DNA of 64,000 nt from Gnetum montanum. Taxonomy: Eukaryota > Plantae > Gnetophyta. The translations under genes were made by a program, and so were the position numbers. The DNA is taken from NCBI GenBank assembly GCA_015680685.1, contig MNCI01001451.1, positions 799,228 to 863,227 on the forward strand, read 5' to 3'. How positions within the stretch are numbered: the first letter of the stretch is position 1; the number at the start of each line of letters is the position of its first letter. The notes beneath the pieces were generated by a model. It searched no databases. It was given only the letters and a program-made list of their open reading frames with translations, and was not told where the DNA came from. Positions 36,601 through 49,950 of this stretch are shown piece after piece.

Positions 36601-39399
36601 TGCAACTTCTTCTCTTTCGTCCTTGGGTTGTGTGGTACTGCCACATGATCCTTGGTGAAGATAGTCTCGCTTCTAGTCCATGCTTCCCACTGTAATCATA
36701 ATAGAATCATGAATTAGTATGTAATGTGTAACACATAGTTGTTAAATGTCTTACTCATCGATGGTTACACTTGGCTAGGTTGTGATTGTGGTAGATTGAT
36801 TTCTTTAGTTATGTTACTGGGAAGGCTGACAAATAGGGTAAAATAGATAAGCAGTCCATTACATTTGAAAAAGTATGACACAAGGAATTATTTGAAGAGG
36901 GTGTAAGAATTCACAAAAATAAAAAAAAGTTTATTGAAAAATGGTATGAAGATGTGCACAACTGGATGTCATTGATGGGATAAACAAAAAGATTTGATTG
37001 TAAGAGTGTCAAAGGGTAAAGAACTTAACTAATCCAACCAAAAGATATGTAAGTGGATCCTTCCCAAAGTAGGCACAACCCTTTTATACCCTTGCATAAC
37101 TTCAAACCAAAGAATATGTGGGCTCCATGGATGATTAATGATTGTAGAGGGATAAGTACAAAAACCTAGAAGAAACTACCTATGAATTCCGACACATCAA
37201 ACCAGAACATCAAACAAGAACATGAAAGTAGTAGTGAGGTGAGACATGGAAAGCATAGATGGATGAGATAGAGAGAGAGTGGAATGGGGTTCCTGATTAG
37301 GGTCACATTAAGTCCCTTGTGGATTTTATGGTTAAATGACTTGATAAGATCCATCATTAATTTAAACAAAACCAACCACATTTAGTGACTTTGCATCATC
37401 ATCCTAAGACTAGTGCATTTTCTTGAGACATAAGAGTGCTCCCACAAAATAACCACCATTCCTTATTAGTAAAGAAAAGAGAAATAGGAAGTGAGGAAGG
37501 GAATTAGTTAAGGGGGACCTTTAGGAATGGGTAACATGTCTTTGTAGTCCCATAACCAGTGCTTGTAGCTCATTTATTTTGTCTAAGGGGTGTGATTTGA
37601 ATTCCCATTAGTTTTTTGAAATTGAAACCACACCATGCAAAGACGTATGTGTTTATTTTGTCTAAGGGATGTGCTTTGAATTTCCATCATTTTTTGATGA
37701 GAACCACACCATGCAAAGAATTGTTCAACTTCTTTTATTGGTCAACATGAAACAGTAAGAAGTCCATAAAAACACACATGCACCCAGGCAAGTAGAAAGG
37801 CACAAAGAATACCAAATCCCCTTGAAGTCACACCCTGTTCAACCCTTTAAACCCTTTCAAATTGTAGAAACTACTAAATTCATAACTTTATTAAAGTTTT
37901 GCTAATGAAAAAGGGACTACATGTTTCCAGAAAAAGGAAAACTATAGAGTTTGTGTATGTGTGAATGCTATGGACTCACTACTTGTTTCATGAAAAAGAA
38001 ACCATGTCCTAATCATTTGTAAAAAACTTCAAAGGTAGAATCTAGACACCAATAATCAAATAACAAAATAGTGCATACCACCATCAAGCAACGTATTACC
38101 ATTATACTTGGCACTTATTAACAAAAAGTTAGAAAATCACACCAAAATAAAATAAGAGAAAATATAAAAGAAAGTGTAAAATATTCAAGAATAGCAAATG
38201 TACTAATGATGGTGTAAAAAAAATTAGAAAAGATTAAAAACATGAAAACAAGAAGATGTAAAATAAAGAATGTGTAAAACAAAAAGTTGTAAAACAAAAA
38301 ATGTGTAAAATAAAAAGATGAAAAACACTAAGAATCCTAAAGACTAGAATGGGGGGTGACCCTCATGACTAAAAATTTGGCCATGAGAAGGATTAATAAG
38401 TGGATAAATAGGATCCATGCATGTATGAAACATTGGTAACCATCCATGTCCTAGCCATTGGGTGTCTATTTGTGGTGTGCTGGCTAGGAGAAAAATTGTT
38501 GGTCACACACTTGATGGTTAAATGTACAATGGGTTAGGGAATGAGGTGTATTAATGTTATGGATGGTTAGCTCATGATTGCACCCTTGATTATGATATGG
38601 TAGGCATGGATTTATTTATCTCCCCACACTATTAGATTCATTATTTGGAGTTGGGATTGGAGTACTGATGGATTGTGACCCTTGTATATGATCAGGGGAT
38701 GTTGGTTAAGATAAGGAAGGTGGTGCACCATATTGGCCTTGTGCTGGCTCAGATGATATGGTGGGTCCATGCGTGGTCTGCTATGGCTTATGGCCTTTTC
38801 TCTAGAAAGGATGTTTTCTATGCGGTGGTTGAGACCCATTGGTGTCAACATGTTTATGTAGATGTGTAGCATAAGTAAATTTTTTTTGTTAATATTGTGG
38901 TGTCAACCCTTCTTGTGTTGCTGGCAATGGCATATAATAAGGTGGAGTGCAAGAATATTGAGGGTAGGATGGATGGTAACAGGTGAGAGGTGGTGATCCT
39001 TTAGGGGATGTCATGAGTTGATGGTACTTGGGAGAGTGATAGTGGTGATTTGGAGTAGAGGATGTAGAACTAGTTGGAGAAACAAGGTGTTGAACATAAT
39101 ATCCATACTAATTTTATGGATGGGAAGGATAGGGCTGATTTGGTGGTGACCTCCCCCATGACTATGGTTGTTGCCACTATGGTTGATGATCGTGTTGGGG
39201 CTAGTAATACATCCCCCTAGGATGGTACAATTAGTTATGGAACTATCTATACTTATCTTGTGGGAGAGGAAATCTCCTTGGCATGTGCTTTTGCACAAAC
39301 TTTGGATTTAAGGCACCTTCCCAATACTCCTATAGATGCAACAAGATTTGGAAATGGCCCTTCAAATGATCATATATGTAGATGTTACATCCATTATCT

Positions 39400-40440
39400 C
39401 ATCTATGATTGAGTTTATAGCCTCACTTTCTTCAGCCATTTTTCTTGTTTGCCAAAAAGTGTTCCTAGCTATTTCTTGGTTATGTATCCTTTGTTTAGTG
39501 TGATCGCCTAGCTTGTTTTGCATGATCCTCTCCTTGACCATCTCAATGAGAGTTGTAATGTTCTAATACATCCATTTAGTCATCTTATTAAATTTTTCCT
39601 CAAGTGCATCAATAGACTTCTATATCAACAAGGTTTGTTATGGGATCACCTTATTGAAAGTGGTTTTGTTCTCCTTACCATAGATCTGGACCCCCTTTTG
39701 TTGAAATGTTGGTACCATTGATATTTTTTGACATTCTCCCATTTTCATATCTCTTCTTCTCCTTTTGCAACATGCTCTATTAGTTCTCAGATATAATGGG
39801 CTTGGAGCTTGTATAATTGCCTTGGGGCATACATCCTAAAGGTCTCCCTTGTTTCATTACAAAGCCCATCTATGATGTGGAAAAGTTGCCTCTCCTTGGA
39901 GAAACCATGTCCTAGGCATCTATTCAATAAGGCATAATATCTATTTAAGGCCATGTCCAAGGATCCATGTTATTATTGCTTCTACTCTTGGATTTGTCTC
40001 CTCAAATTGGACATTGTCACATAGGTTTGGTACTTCTTGTTGAATAGCTCTAGCATTGTGGACCATCGTTAGATTGAATTTGGTTTCAACGATCTGTTCT
40101 AGGAAAGAGCTTAAGCTTTTGCCACCCACTTTCAACATTATAGAAAGCAAAAGCATCATGGAAGTCTTGTAAATGATGTTATAGATCTAAATAATAGCCT
40201 CTTGCAAATTTAAGAATGTTGTTCATATCAAGCTTGGGTAGGCAACTCTTTTTGCAATGCCTATGAGATATCTTAATGGCCTTTGTGATCTACATTAAGC
40301 TCTTAGTGGCCAATAAGGGTTCATCATCATGAAACATGTTGTCTATGTTCATGATGATGTCTTTGAATTTTCCCATGGGTTTGATTTTAATTTTTAGTTT
40401 GACCCTTTAGTGGAACTTTATCTTCATACCTATGTCCATC
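39400..40440 (-). pseudogene. Athila-like gag remnant
   Basis: ILKFARGYYLDL*HHLQDFHDAF..KLKLFP and SLDMALNRYYALLNRCLGHGFSKERQLFHIIDGL. Confidence 0.75.
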
Positions 40441-40886
40441 TTTGTCAGAACTATATGTTGAAGGGTGAGAGAAAGATGAGGCACTAGTAGAATTTCCATG
40501 GCTTCTATGGTGTTCTTTGGGGTTCCTTGATTTATTTTTTCTAGTTTTCAAGAAGGTCTTAGGCCTTGAGGCCTTCCCTAGTCCAGGAACTATGTCATAT
40601 CCTCCAAGATTGTATGCCTTGGGTGAATGTAGTCTTTGAGTGTCATCAAGGTGGTCATGATCATAAGAGACTCCTACATAAGGTTGGTCACTCCAATTTT
40701 CTTCATCATATATCTTGTTATTTCTCTAATGAATGCATTCACTATATAGTGCATTGTCACTTTCGTGTGAGAGAGACATTGTTGTTGGTTTATGGTGTGT
40801 GTGAGTTAATATTTTTCTAACAGATATATTGTTAATACCTTTACAGCAATCATGTATAATATAACTAATATAAATAACTAGTACCA

Positions 40887-40904
40887 TCCCTAGCAATGAT
40901 GCTA
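40887..40904 (-). promoter_or_regulatory. Deaminated tRNA-Asp-type primer-binding site
   Basis: TAGCATCATTGCTAGGGA differs from the Athila-type TGGCGCCGTTGCCGGGGA only by C>T/G>A transitions; it lies 1 nt from the LTR end. Confidence 0.8.
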
Positions 40905-43900
40905 ATGATGAGTGGTGAGGTGCCCTTATGCTCAACCATACAAATCACAATCCTTCATGCATGATTCAATTAAATTTTGTAGATGGAACTAGTTGTGGTA
41001 TCTAGATCATTATGCTCTGATCACAGTTTGTTGTCTTCCCACTTGGACTAGTGGTAGCTTTGTTACATATGGTTTAGTACAAAGTGAGGCATATGATGTT
41101 GTCTAATTCTATGTTACTCTTAATGATGACAAAGAGATGAATTTATTAAGTTACTGAACAATGGAGAGTAGAATCTAAACTAGCCTATGTGTGATGAGTA
41201 TCCACTCTTAATCACCATACACACCTTGGACTTTGTGAGACTACTTTTGGGCTTTACAGGTGTATGTCACTGGGTGTGCCAAATAATACATTGTTGGATT
41301 ACCAAGTACTTACACTTAAATACTCATGATTAAGGCATATGCATTTCACTTAATGATAGGAATAGTAAATAGTAATAAATGAAAATGTTAACCAAAGAAA
41401 ATAGTAAATAATTAACAATTAAAAGTAATAATAATCTAAGTGGATGTTGCAATGATGGAAGTAATCTCGATCTTTATTGCTAGTCATGTAACATGTCCAA
41501 GTATGTCACACTTGAACAAAGAAGCCATACGATTACAAACATCACACTGTAGGCATGCATTGGGAATAATAGGACTTTAAGAAAGACTATCAATAACTAA
41601 AAACTAAAACTATCTTCCCCACTACTTATTACATGTCTCAACTAGGTGTCCAAGTTCTGTATTTATAGGCAAACCTAGAGGAGATGACATTGGATATTCT
41701 ATGTCACTTCTTGGCTCCAACATTGGGAATTTGACATTGGGGCTTTGATGTTGGGTATCCAATGTCGGGGCTTGAAAAGTTGATGACTCATCAAAAGGTA
41801 TAGCCAAACCTCCTTCTGCGATTGATGCCCTAGCACATGATGAAGTTTAAACTTATGAAGCCTTGGCAAACTTAGTCCATTGGGTGGACCAAATTTTAGA
41901 TGTGATAAAAAAGAAAATGACAACTACCCTTAAGGATCTTGAAGGTAGAGTGGATAAGATAGCAAAAGCTATTATATCACCTAGGCACAGAAAGAAGTAT
42001 AGGGAAAATGATATGGAGAAGCTCTCTTCCTCTAAGGGTATAAGAGAAGATTGAGAGTATTACATATATCCGCATGACTCATAGTACTACCAAATCATTG
42101 TCCACATGATTGGTGAAATGGGATGAGTTGGGATGCCTTTGAATTCTAAGTTTGTTAAGAAGTATAGAAGGAGGACTCCCTTCTATAGCCCATCATACTA
42201 TCATAGAGGTGTGTACCCCTAAGCCATGCAGTAGTACTAGTGTTGGCCAACTTCAAATCCTTGGGGTGCTATTCCATGGAATACTCCAATGCAATAATTG
42301 ATGTCATTCTCTATAGACTCCTATTCTAATAATCCTACCTTGTAAGGTTCTCACCATCAACAACAGCTTCTATTGCCTAATATTATGTAAGGTAGGATCC
42401 CCAATCAATTGCAATCAAGACAAAATAAATCATGTGATATTTCCTACAATGTTGATCCTACTTCTACATATGTTTTAGGGCAATATTATGAGGATCCCAT
42501 CAACTTGGTTGCAGAGGGAAATTTGAGATTCCATGGTAGGATATTTTTCCACAAACATTAACACGAACATCACGGAATTAGAATCACACTATCCTCTTCC
42601 TCAAGTGGAGAGGATAATCCTTTATGTAGAATAGGAGTTAGAATCCAAGAGGTCTTGACACCATTTCCTAAGTGCTATCAAAGTAATTTATCCACTTTAG
42701 AGAAGGTTTCTTTTGATGTATCTTGCCATTCAAATGTGATGATACTAGCTAGTAGTGGTGTTATAACAACCACAATGTTTAAACTCCAAAATAAAGTGAA
42801 AATAATTTGAAGCTTCATTTATTATAGGAATTTTAAGTACAATTTTTGATACTTTTTAATATAGTTCCCTAACTATCCAACATTGAACAATATATTTAGC
42901 TTCAACCAAGGCTATGTAAAGGAGTTTTCTAGTTGGGAACTTATAAACAATATCTCTTGAAACTCCTTTTGGATTTGACTAAAGTTTGAAGAGTTTCCAC
43001 TTCAGCTATCTTTAAGAACACCTAATCGCCATGTCTAAACTACCCTATTAAGGAACTATGTAGCAACATAAACTTTTTATGGTTGAAAAATTTAGAGGTT
43101 TCCATATACTCCTACAACTCATGAAGTAAAGCATAAATCCTTTTATCATACTAATCTTTCCCATAAGGGTGTGGTTCTTTAGCCCAATACATAGCAATTA
43201 ATATGGATTGGTGAGGTTTCACCTAATCTCTTTTTAAAACATTGCATGAATGGAAACTTTAATTTTTTTACTTTTTTTAATGTTTTTATCTTTTTTATTA
43301 ATAAACCAAGACTTGTAATATTTTTACCTTCCCTCAATGACCCTTATAAATTCTAAGAACCTATATAACCAACCTCATAGATATTAGAACTAAGTAATAC
43401 TTGGTTGTTGCTTAGTCTTTGAACTTATACCCTCTATACATAATAAGTTAATGTCTTTCATTAATTCCCAAATCTTCTTAACCTTATCTAAATCTACTAA
43501 ATCTTTGGTAAGAACTCCATCATTCTCTAGTATTTTCTTCAAAAACCTTTGAAACTCCACCTCTACGTAACCCATATCCTATTCAAAAAAACCTAATTGT
43601 TAGATTTTTATCCCTCCTTTGTTCCTATATTCTTATGTAAATCACCAAATATTTTATGTTTGGGTTCCATTACTACCAATTTTGTCTATGTACTCACCTC
43701 TATGAAATCTAAAAGAAAGCTCATCCATGAGATTTGACATAGATTTAAAACTAGCTACTAACTTGATGCTAATCACCCTCCTTTCACATCTAGGATTGTA
43801 ACCAACAATGGCCAAGTTCATTCTAACCATTGCGTCTATTCAAATTTCTAATGCAATGCACCTATGTTAGATGGATAGAAAACAAAATACTAAATATTTT

Positions 43901-44580
43901 GACAAAATGATGGTCATTTTGGCTATCATTTTATATATCAATAAATTCTCATGGAAGATTGATTAAAATTTTTACATGAAGTCTAAATGACTTCTTACAC
44001 AAGAACGACAATGATTCAAATTTGTTAATTCTTTTGGAATTCTAATTTTTTTTCAATTGGTTATTTAGAAAGTTCCCTATAGAACCTCAAAGGCACATTA
44101 GTATTAAAGCAAATAAATTAAATAAGGTGAATATCAATAAAATAGATATCATATATGGTTGTGCCTAAGTTTCTACCATCTTCTCTTACTATTCAAAGGA
44201 TCCTACCATTGCCTAGATCATTGGATAATTGTAGGACCCTTTAAGATTTGTTAATTATACATCTTTTGAGAAAGAAATAATCTAATGCTACTAGCTTAGA
44301 AATAAGAGTAGCTCTTTTAAAAAAATATGTTTTAGGCTTAATTCCAATAATGTATATCTTCCATTATTTGTATTTCTTCTAGATTTTTTTGGTTTTTGTG
44401 TCATTCCTACTTCTTTTGGTTTTTTTTTTCAATTCTTTTGGGCCAAATTTTTTGTATTAATCCCACTCTTTTATTTTGTCATCCCTAGCTCATTTTCCCT
44501 ACTTATTTTATGTTATTTTTCCTTTTCTTGACAGTCCTTTGTCATTTCCAAATCTTTTGGTTTTCTATGCTAGATAGTAT

Positions 44581-45180
44581 ACAAATTTCTCTCAATAGTT
44601 TGGTTCCATCCATTTTTAGTTCTTTTGGTTCACCTTTGCTAAACATTCTATAGTATTTTAGTTAATCAATTTGATTTATTGTTTTAATTTGTTATTTTTT
44701 TCCACATTTTCATTGTGGGTAGTATGATACATTGTGAGCAATGATTACATTTTTGACTATTTGAAGGACATGAGTGGTAGTATCTATAGATCCTATCATA
44801 TACTATCTCTTGTAATGACTATCCTTTATAACAATAGTGTATTTATAGAAAAATAATTGTCCATGTTAGGCAATCTACAAATTTCTTTCAATTGTTTGGT
44901 TCCATTCATTTCTAGTTTCTAGACCTTTTGGTTTACCTTTGCTAAACTATTTGCATTACTTCAATTAATCACCACTTTAATTTATTGCTTTACATTATTT
45001 TTTTGTTCACTTTTTCATTGTTAGTAATGTGACAAGATGCAAGTAGTGATTACCTTTTGACTATTCAAAGATATTGATGGTGGTGTAGACAAATCCTATC
45101 ATATGAGATCCTTTTCAATGGTTATCCTTTATATAAATTATAATGAAAAATGTTTAAATAGATTATTCATAGAAAAAATA
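44581..45180. repeat. Old tandem duplication, ~297-bp unit x2
   Basis: ACAAATTTCT.TCAAT.GTTTGGTTCCAT...CCTTTGCTAAAC...TTTTGACTATT...ATCCTATCATAT...TATCCTTTATA at 44581 and 44878. Confidence 0.85.
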
Positions 45181-46906
45181 GTGGAGACAAAAAATAAATG
45201 CTATAACATAGTTAAATTATAGTAATGTACAATATGAATTTTTCATTTAGGTAATCAAATGGATGTCTCCCATGATGTGTAAATACAAATCACATGGAAA
45301 AAATTTAAAGATAGATTGACCATATGCAAAGTGAAACCATTTGCTTCAAGGCAACAATAGTCTCTATGTAGGACCCCTAATAACCACCCTCTAAATTCGG
45401 CACAATTTTATTTTTCTAATCCTCTTTAAACGTAAGGCTATAATTGTAGTAGCAACTAATAAGGACATAACTTACTATAATTATGGATTGATGATGTACC
45501 ACCTTTCCTCATTAGTGACAACAAGTTGTTGTTGAGAGATTAAACCTTACTACTCGTAACTCTACAAATTGATGCATTGATTGTATATCATCTAGCTTTA
45601 GTAGTATGAAGATATCTTAGAGAATAATATATCCAAAAGTGATGGTCAACACTTTCCATTACTTCAGAAGCTAGAAAATATCAAAAATTTGTGTGACTTA
45701 CTTGTTTGAATTTTTGTTTTACAAGTAACACCAACAAATGTGATTAGATATAATCGTAATCCTCTACTATGTATTCATCAAACAAGATCATTTAATCTAT
45801 AATAGGCTTCAAATAATGAATAGAAATCAAACAATATATAGGTTTCAACAACTTTCCCTTGCAATGTGGCATCTCAAGTACATTTTAAAGTGTCATATAA
45901 AATCTAGCTTACATCATATAATGGAGAGAGTTAAAACACATAATTTTGCTTCTGATGTAAAAATCAACCCATGTTTCCTCCAATTTCAATCATCCTATAT
46001 TTGGAAAACAAAGTTTAAAGATAGAGCTTGAATTTTTTGCAAAAAAATCAACTATAGAGAAAAAAGAGGGGCTAGAATAAATCTAAAATTCTAAAAGTCA
46101 ACATAGTTCAAGGAAGTAGGGATTTCAAAATGTTATCTATTAGCCTAAGGCAATTTCAACCTTTAGAATTCTTTTATGGGATCAGAAAATTGTAAACAAT
46201 TGGTAACAACTATACAAAACCATGGGTAGCCATCTCTATACTAGGGATAGTCATCATTAAAGAATTGAAGTTATGATTAATGAAATAGACAACAAATAAA
46301 ATTATATGTGCTCATGTGCAAAATGGAAAGAAGATAAAAGAAAAAATTTTGATATGTATCAAGCTTGGACACCACGATGGATTAACATGGTCCCAAACCT
46401 TTAAAGTTTTTATCATTAAATTTTTCCAACCTCTCATGTTTTTGCATTTAGATAAATCTAGGTTTGAACAAATTACCATTTAATAATGAATTATGACATG
46501 AAAACTCTATTGAAAACCCCTTTAAAAAAAGAAAAAGAAAAAGAAAAAAAAGTTGCTACAAAAAATGCTCACAAAACAAATTTTTTGCACTTCTCAAAAG
46601 ATACCAAAAATCATCAATATGCATAGATTCTCTTTAATTTAAATAAGTACTTAATAGGTCCTTTGGCCATTCAAGTTTTACACATTAGGTTCTTCTAATC
46701 CTACAACATCTTATAGCCCATGGAAGAAGAACATTAGTTTTGTATACAATGATGGGGACTAACATCATCAAGCACATCCAAGGACTTAGCCCTTGTAGCC
46801 CACATAAGTGATAACTGATCTTGTATAGAATGATGGGGTGCATTTCTTAAAATAAAAAAATGAAGTAACAAGTGCTCATAACTTCATGAAAATTAGCCTA
46901 ATACAT

Positions 46907-47212
46907 CATCATCATCATCTTATCCATGTACCAACAATATGGGGTTAGCTACATGAGTTCTTTTTTGTCATTCGCCTGTATGGAGAGCTAGTTCTTTATT
47001 CTATGTGATGATGTTGTATGTCATTTCTGGAGAATACACTAGTAACTCATTTCTCATTTTCTATAGTAACTAAGCCTTGTGAATAATGCATGTCACATCT
47101 AGGGAATGCCTTATCATCTACAACATCTAAAAAAGAACTCATCAATGATATTTGGTAATGCTATCCCTCCTCCTTTAGTATTGAGGCTTAGGACCAACAT
47201 TAGTGGAGTTTC
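46907..47212 (-). mobile_element. 306-bp RTE-derived non-autonomous retroposon with (GAT)n tail and perfect 15-bp TSD
   Basis: ATTAGCCTAATACAT at 46892-46906 and 47213-47227. The 3' end CATGTAGCTAACCCCA..TTGG..GGATAAGATGATGATG resembles the plant RTE 3' terminus. Confidence 0.85.
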
Positions 47213-47637
47213 ATTAGCCTAATACATGATGCCAAAAATCAAATCCATTACTTATGCAAGATCCCATGCATGACTCACAACTCATAATAAAAATCCCACA
47301 TGCCCTCATGAAATAACCCTCACTTGTCCAAGAAAAGATATCAAACACCTATTAATAGTTAGAATGCAATAATGATCTAGGGTATACACCTCTTTGAATG
47401 GATGATCTATGAAAGAAAAATAACATACTTCACGCTTGAATTGTTATCCAACTAGAAACTTCAAAGATAAGGTTATATTATCTCCCATCAAGTCATCAAA
47501 ACAAACCAATGTTTAATTAAAAGCCCAAAGAAAAATTAGAAAAAGACAAGACTCTAGATTTAACTAAATAGTATTCCAACAAATTAATCAAAAAATCATC
47601 CAAAAACTGTAGAAAGCCAACCTATTACACCTTCATC

Positions 47638-48250
47638 AAAGGCCCACAAGGATCACTAAAAGAACCTTTTATGCTAAGCCCAATAAACAAGGTAGAAGTA
47701 ACCTCACACAGTCTTCTCTCTCTCTCCCTCTTCTCTACTCTTCACTCCTAAAATTAGCATAGTCTTTCCTTACAAAAAGGTAAAGTTGAGAGCAAACCCT
47801 ATTTTTATATGATGAAGAATATCCCAAGGCTTGGATAAAGGCTTTTAAATCAAAGTTTACATAGTGGTTAAAGACTAGATAACCAATTCTTCAAAATCCT
47901 TTTTTTAAATTCAAGGCATCATTACTACTTTACTTGGACAAGTAAGCTCTCATGAGGCAATGGACATGTGAGACTGACAACACTCAAGCGAGCCACATGT
48001 TTTACTTGGACAAGCAAGCTCTCATGAGGTAATGGATATTTAAGAGTGATAACACTCAACCTCTTTAGCCTTTAACAAAGGCTCACAAGGATTACTAGGA
48101 CAACCTCTCATATGCAATCTAATAGACAAGGTAGGAGCAACCTCACACAATCTCCTCAAATTAGCATAGTCTTTTCTTAGTTGGCAAAAGGTGCAAATAA
48201 AATAAAACATTCTATTAATATGATGAAGAAAAATCTAAGGCTTGGACAAA
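47638..48250. repeat. Nested local duplications (~200-bp block x2 flanking a ~73-bp unit x2)
   Basis: AAAGGC.CACAAGGAT.ACTA...AACCTCACACA...AAATTAGCATAGTCTTT...AAGGCTTGGA at 47638 and 48077; TTTACTTGGACAAG.AAGCTCTCATGAGG.AATGGA at ~47928 and ~48001. Confidence 0.85.
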
Positions 48251-48440
48251 TGAAATTGAAATTGAAGCTTTATTGTGTCCAAAGATCTTTCTCCAAAAAA
48301 TGAATAATCTACAGCTAAACAATTCATTCTCCAAAAGTTAGTACGAAAAATATTTAGAATTTAATACATTAAAAGAACAAAGGCTTACCAAACAATGATG
48401 CTTATGCTGATCTCTCTATAGAAATGAGGACATGCTTTAT
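48251..48440 (-). mobile_element. Second, shorter 3' fragment of the RTEX-like LINE family
   Basis: 48255-48287 matches 3922-3954 at 32/33 nt (minus GATCTTTGGACA.AATAAAGCTTCAATTTCAAT). A frameshifted CPHFY.EI..KHHCL remnant lies near 48390-48435. Confidence 0.6.
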
Positions 48441-49950
48441 TTAGGGTATTTTTATTAAGTATAAGTTTAAGTTCAATTATAATTTTGAGAAAAATGTTGA
48501 TCTTTTTCATGTTTTGCATGTGTTATGCATTGATGCACTTGTTCTTGCAATGTATGAATTGATATTCTATTTTCTTTGGTTACAAATAGAGTAGGAATCC
48601 CATACACAAACATCATCCACCAAACTGATCTTCAAAACCTTAATCATCATCATTATCCTAGCCTTGTCTCAATCAAATGGAATTAGCTGTCTTCAAAATA
48701 GTGATCTGAACATAAAACAAATCAAGAGTTACATATGAATATTTCAAACCCTATCTCTACTCTATGTTCAAAGGCCTACATCCTTTGGTTGTACATAGTA
48801 GCACAATATTTTTTTCCATTTTGGCAAAAAAAATTGATTCTACCTTTTTCCAATCAATAACTTTTAAAATTATGTCAATATCATTTTACACATAGTTTTA
48901 ATCATTTCAAAAATAAAATGTGCTCCAAACACTATATTAAGACCTTCGAGAACCAATAGATCCATAAGAAAAGTAAAAGAAGGGACAAAAGTGGAGGAAA
49001 AATATTTCTAACAATGTAGTAGCTTTTATAATTATAGAGACAATGGAAAGAAGATTTTTCTTTGATATATAAAACTTTAAAACTTTACTAAATAGACATA
49101 ATGGGTGCCAAGACATAAGCATAGATAACAAAATTTTACCAAAAAGAATAGCATGAGATCATTATCTTTTTCTATGAGTGGAGATTATACATTGAAAGAG
49201 TTCCTTCTTCTAATTAAGGCTACTTATTGAGGACAAGCACTAGAGCATGCATGGTTTTATGGTTCAAAGACCATTTTTGGCATTGCAGAAGTTCAATACG
49301 AACATGTCACAAGATGAGCGATTAAACAATGTCACCAACGTGAAGCTTCACTACCAACAGCTTCAAAAATGTTTCCAACTTTGAATAAAAATCCTTGAAC
49401 TAGATCCTTTTGAAAGAAGAATGTAAAAGCCTTTACAAAAGCTTGAAACAACCAAGACTCAAGCATAGGCCACTCCTTTCTTTATATTTATGTGAGGGAA
49501 ATATTTTGCATTTAACTACTTTTAATTTTTTTGAGTCCACAAAAATAAAAAATATTTTATCAAGGGAATTTTTGGATGAATTCATTTGTTACATGGATGA
49601 TCATTTAATTTTTAATATAAAATATTATTTAATTCTTATGCTAGTATGTGCATCCAATGGGCATTGTCAATCTTTAAGTACTTTTGGATAATACAACAAT
49701 GTTGGAATTTTTTATTAAATTAGAAGAAATGAGTGTGGTGCCTTTATCTTGAACTAACAATGAGTTGTTAGCCTAGTGGTATGAGTCTTAGCCTAGTAAT
49801 TCTTAATTACATGTTTAATTCTACTATGTAGTACTAATTTATAAACTTCTATAAATCTTGGGGTGTACCTATGTTTCAATTATTTCAGGTTCCAAATAAC
49901 CTTTAAAATGTGCCTAAGATTTGACAATCATTATTTACTTGATACCATAG

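Larger units (their letters stand above)
36070..41793 (-). mobile_element. Complete non-autonomous (gag-only) Athila-like element, TSD GAAGG/AAAGG
   Basis: 5' LTR 40906-41793 and internally deleted 3' LTR 36070-36318, both with TGAT...ATCA termini. PBS at 40887-40904; CTTGAGGACGAG...AGTCATGGGGG precedes the 3' LTR. Gag lies at ~39400-40440 and no pol motifs were seen. Confidence 0.88.
35183..42054 (+). pseudogene. Plus-strand Ty3/gypsy gag remnant split by the 36070-41793 insertion
   Basis: VPLYSGYMNDDP*LHV, KVWLFPYTF, IQTWEDMI and ESLDIAMERY..DHGFPQ. The frame ...KKVNIIEG continues as IAKPPSAIDALAH...LANLVHWVDQIL once the insert and one TSD copy are removed. Confidence 0.78.

Noticed and set aside
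37573-37719. ~79-bp tandem duplication; similar small duplications at 2440-2485, 2714-2841 and 14021-14195
   Set aside because: Ordinary two-copy slippage duplications within TEs with no further structure.
45700-46460. Possible L1 endonuclease remnant (YIW...DRA, HGPKPLKF)
   Set aside because: Only two short, imperfect motifs in uncertain frames; not supportable without an HMM search.
49760-49830. tRNA gene or tRNA-derived SINE (A-box-like TAGCCTAGTGG)
   Set aside because: The B box is highly degenerate (ATGTTTAATTCT), and no cloverleaf, tail or TSD was seen.
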